DNA of 64,000 bases from the human T2T-CHM13v2.0 reference genome, Homo sapiens: the NCBI RefSeq assembly GCF_009914755.1, contig NC_060948.1. One strand, given 5' to 3'. Shown piece after piece: positions 61,391-64,000 of the stretch (position 1 is the first letter of the stretch; every line of letters begins with the position of its first letter). The notes under the pieces were generated by a model that saw nothing but the letters and a program-made list of their open reading frames with translations, ran no database searches and was not told where the DNA came from. The position numbers and the translations under genes were made by a program.

Positions 61391-63495
61391 AGATCCATAT
61401 TTTTTAAATGAAAAAAAATTTCAAAGGTACTCTGCTTGGTACAATAATCAAATGTATAAACTGAGGAATAAAACATAACCATGAAACCTACTTATAACTG
61501 CATATGGAAAATACAGAGGATAATTTTTTAAATAACATATTTTGAAAGCCTTAACTAGTAATTTGAAGAGTTGGCATTTGAAAGGCCAGTATGAATATAC
61601 CTTCAAAGCAGCAACACAGGTTCCCCATGAGAAAAAGCAAACACAGGGAAAATAAAAACACAAAGGTTCAATCTCTTCTGACCTTTGAAAGACACAGCAC
61701 AGACAGTGGTCCTTAGGACGAAGAGCAGGAGACCCCTAATTCCGTCACCATGGCGATAGGGCATAAACATTGCTGGGTGAGGGCACAATCCACATTGTGA
61801 GGTCCAACTGCTGCCAGGAAGACAGGAGTGCTTTTACATAGACCGAAAGGTCATTGAAGGCTCAGAGTTTTGTTTCAAGAACTGAATCCCAAGCCCACAC
61901 GTTATTAGGCTGCGCTTCTTAAAACAAGTTATGAGATGGGAAAAAGGGCACCCACAAACATACGTATACATTATGTATATAATAATATACAGTATCATAT
62001 ATATAATATATATAACCTATGTATAATATTGTTTTACATCCTGCATCTTATGTTATATATATTGTATAAAATATAATAATTGATAATATATAAGTTTTAT
62101 AATTATACAATATGACATATGGTATATATTATAATTTATGACATATATAATATATGTTATATATCATATGTAGAATATATTATACGGTTAATATACGTAT
62201 TAAATATAAATTATACATTATATATATTATATATAATATATCTGTTATATATAATACCCATTATGCATAATATATATATTATGTCTATGTTATATATAGT
62301 ATAAAACAACATATAATAATATATAATTGTATATATAAAATGCGACATATAATATATATTATATTTTATAACATATGTAATTTATATTATATATTATATA
62401 TAATACGTTGTATGTATAATACCTATATTAAATATATATTATATGACTATGTTATTAATTACATGTCACATGTGTTATATATTATATATTTTACATAGAA
62501 TATACCGGTTACATACAATATATACTATGTTACCTATAATGTGTAATTTATTACCTGTAAAATAAAGAATGCAATATATTATGTATAATTTATAATATAC
62601 AATATGTGGAATGTGATATATATAACATATAATATATGATACATGATATACAGTATATGATATATAACATACAATATATGATTCCTAATATATATGGTAT
62701 ACAATATATATTTTATGATATGTATTCTATATGTTTTATATTCTGTTATATATAACTATTTGAAATTATATATAACTGTATAATATTTTATGTAAATATG
62801 TAATATAATATATATAACTATATAATATATTATATATAACTATATATTTTGTTATATATACTTTTATAACATAATTTACATAAAATATCATAATATAATA
62901 TATATTATATTATTTCATATTACATAATATATATTACATATCACCCAATATAACTAACATACATAATATTATAATATAGATTATATTATGTTATATTAAA
63001 TATCATATATATCATGTATCATATATTCTATAATATATATTACACTTTATATAATATGGATGTTGTCTATTATGTGATATATATAACTATATATATAATT
63101 ATATTTTTATACATATAACTAGATAAACATGTAATTCTACATATTTTCATTTATAATATGTAGAATTATATAATCATATATAATTATTTATATTCTATAA
63201 AAAATTTTATCATTATATAAATTATAATATATAAAAATTATAATATGTACTACAAATATATATATTATATATCATATATGATATAGTACCTTTGTTATAT
63301 ATCATAATACATGTAAATGTGTATTATGTTATCTATAATTATATAATTTCATATATAAGATATATAATATGTATCATATATTATATATGTTATGTAATAT
63401 ATATAGTATATATAAGATGACACAGGATAAATATTATATACTATGACATATAAAATATATGAGGTTATATGTTACATATAAGGCATAGCACATAA

Positions 63496-63810
<315 letters not shown>

Positions 63811-64000
63811 AGATCCATATTTTTTAAATGAAAAAAAATTTCAAAGGTACTCTGCTTGGTACAATAATCAAATGTATAAACTGAGGAATAAAACATAACC
63901 ATGAAACCTACTTATAACTGCATATGGAAAATACAGAGGATAATTTTTTAAATAACATATTTTGAAAGCCTTAACTAGTAATTTGAAGAGTTGGCATTTG

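Overview
The whole window is a head-to-tail tandem array of a ~2.42 kb composite satellite unit (about 26 copies, one orientation). Each unit has three parts: ~1.55 kb of extremely AT-rich degenerate (TA)-type sequence, a ~292 bp minus-strand Alu that lacks its first ~12 nt and carries an internal 16-bp duplication, and ~570 bp of moderately GC sequence (HSATI-like). This architecture matches primate DYZ2/HSat1B, most likely human Yq12 heterochromatin. The predicted major HaeIII fragment is 2146 bp, consistent with the classic ~2.1 kb male-specific band. I see no credible protein-coding or RNA gene and no new gene system; all listed ORFs are repeat artefacts. The points of interest are structural. 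An out-of-register junction at ~38054 (2-bp microhomology) creates one 3233-bp unit with an ~815-bp internal duplication. That junction sits exactly on the boundary between two sequence subfamilies and is preceded by a cluster of private mutations. There are also local 3-unit (~7.26 kb) higher-order periodicities, recent single-unit duplications and mosaic conversion-like tracts. All comparisons were made by eye, not by alignment.
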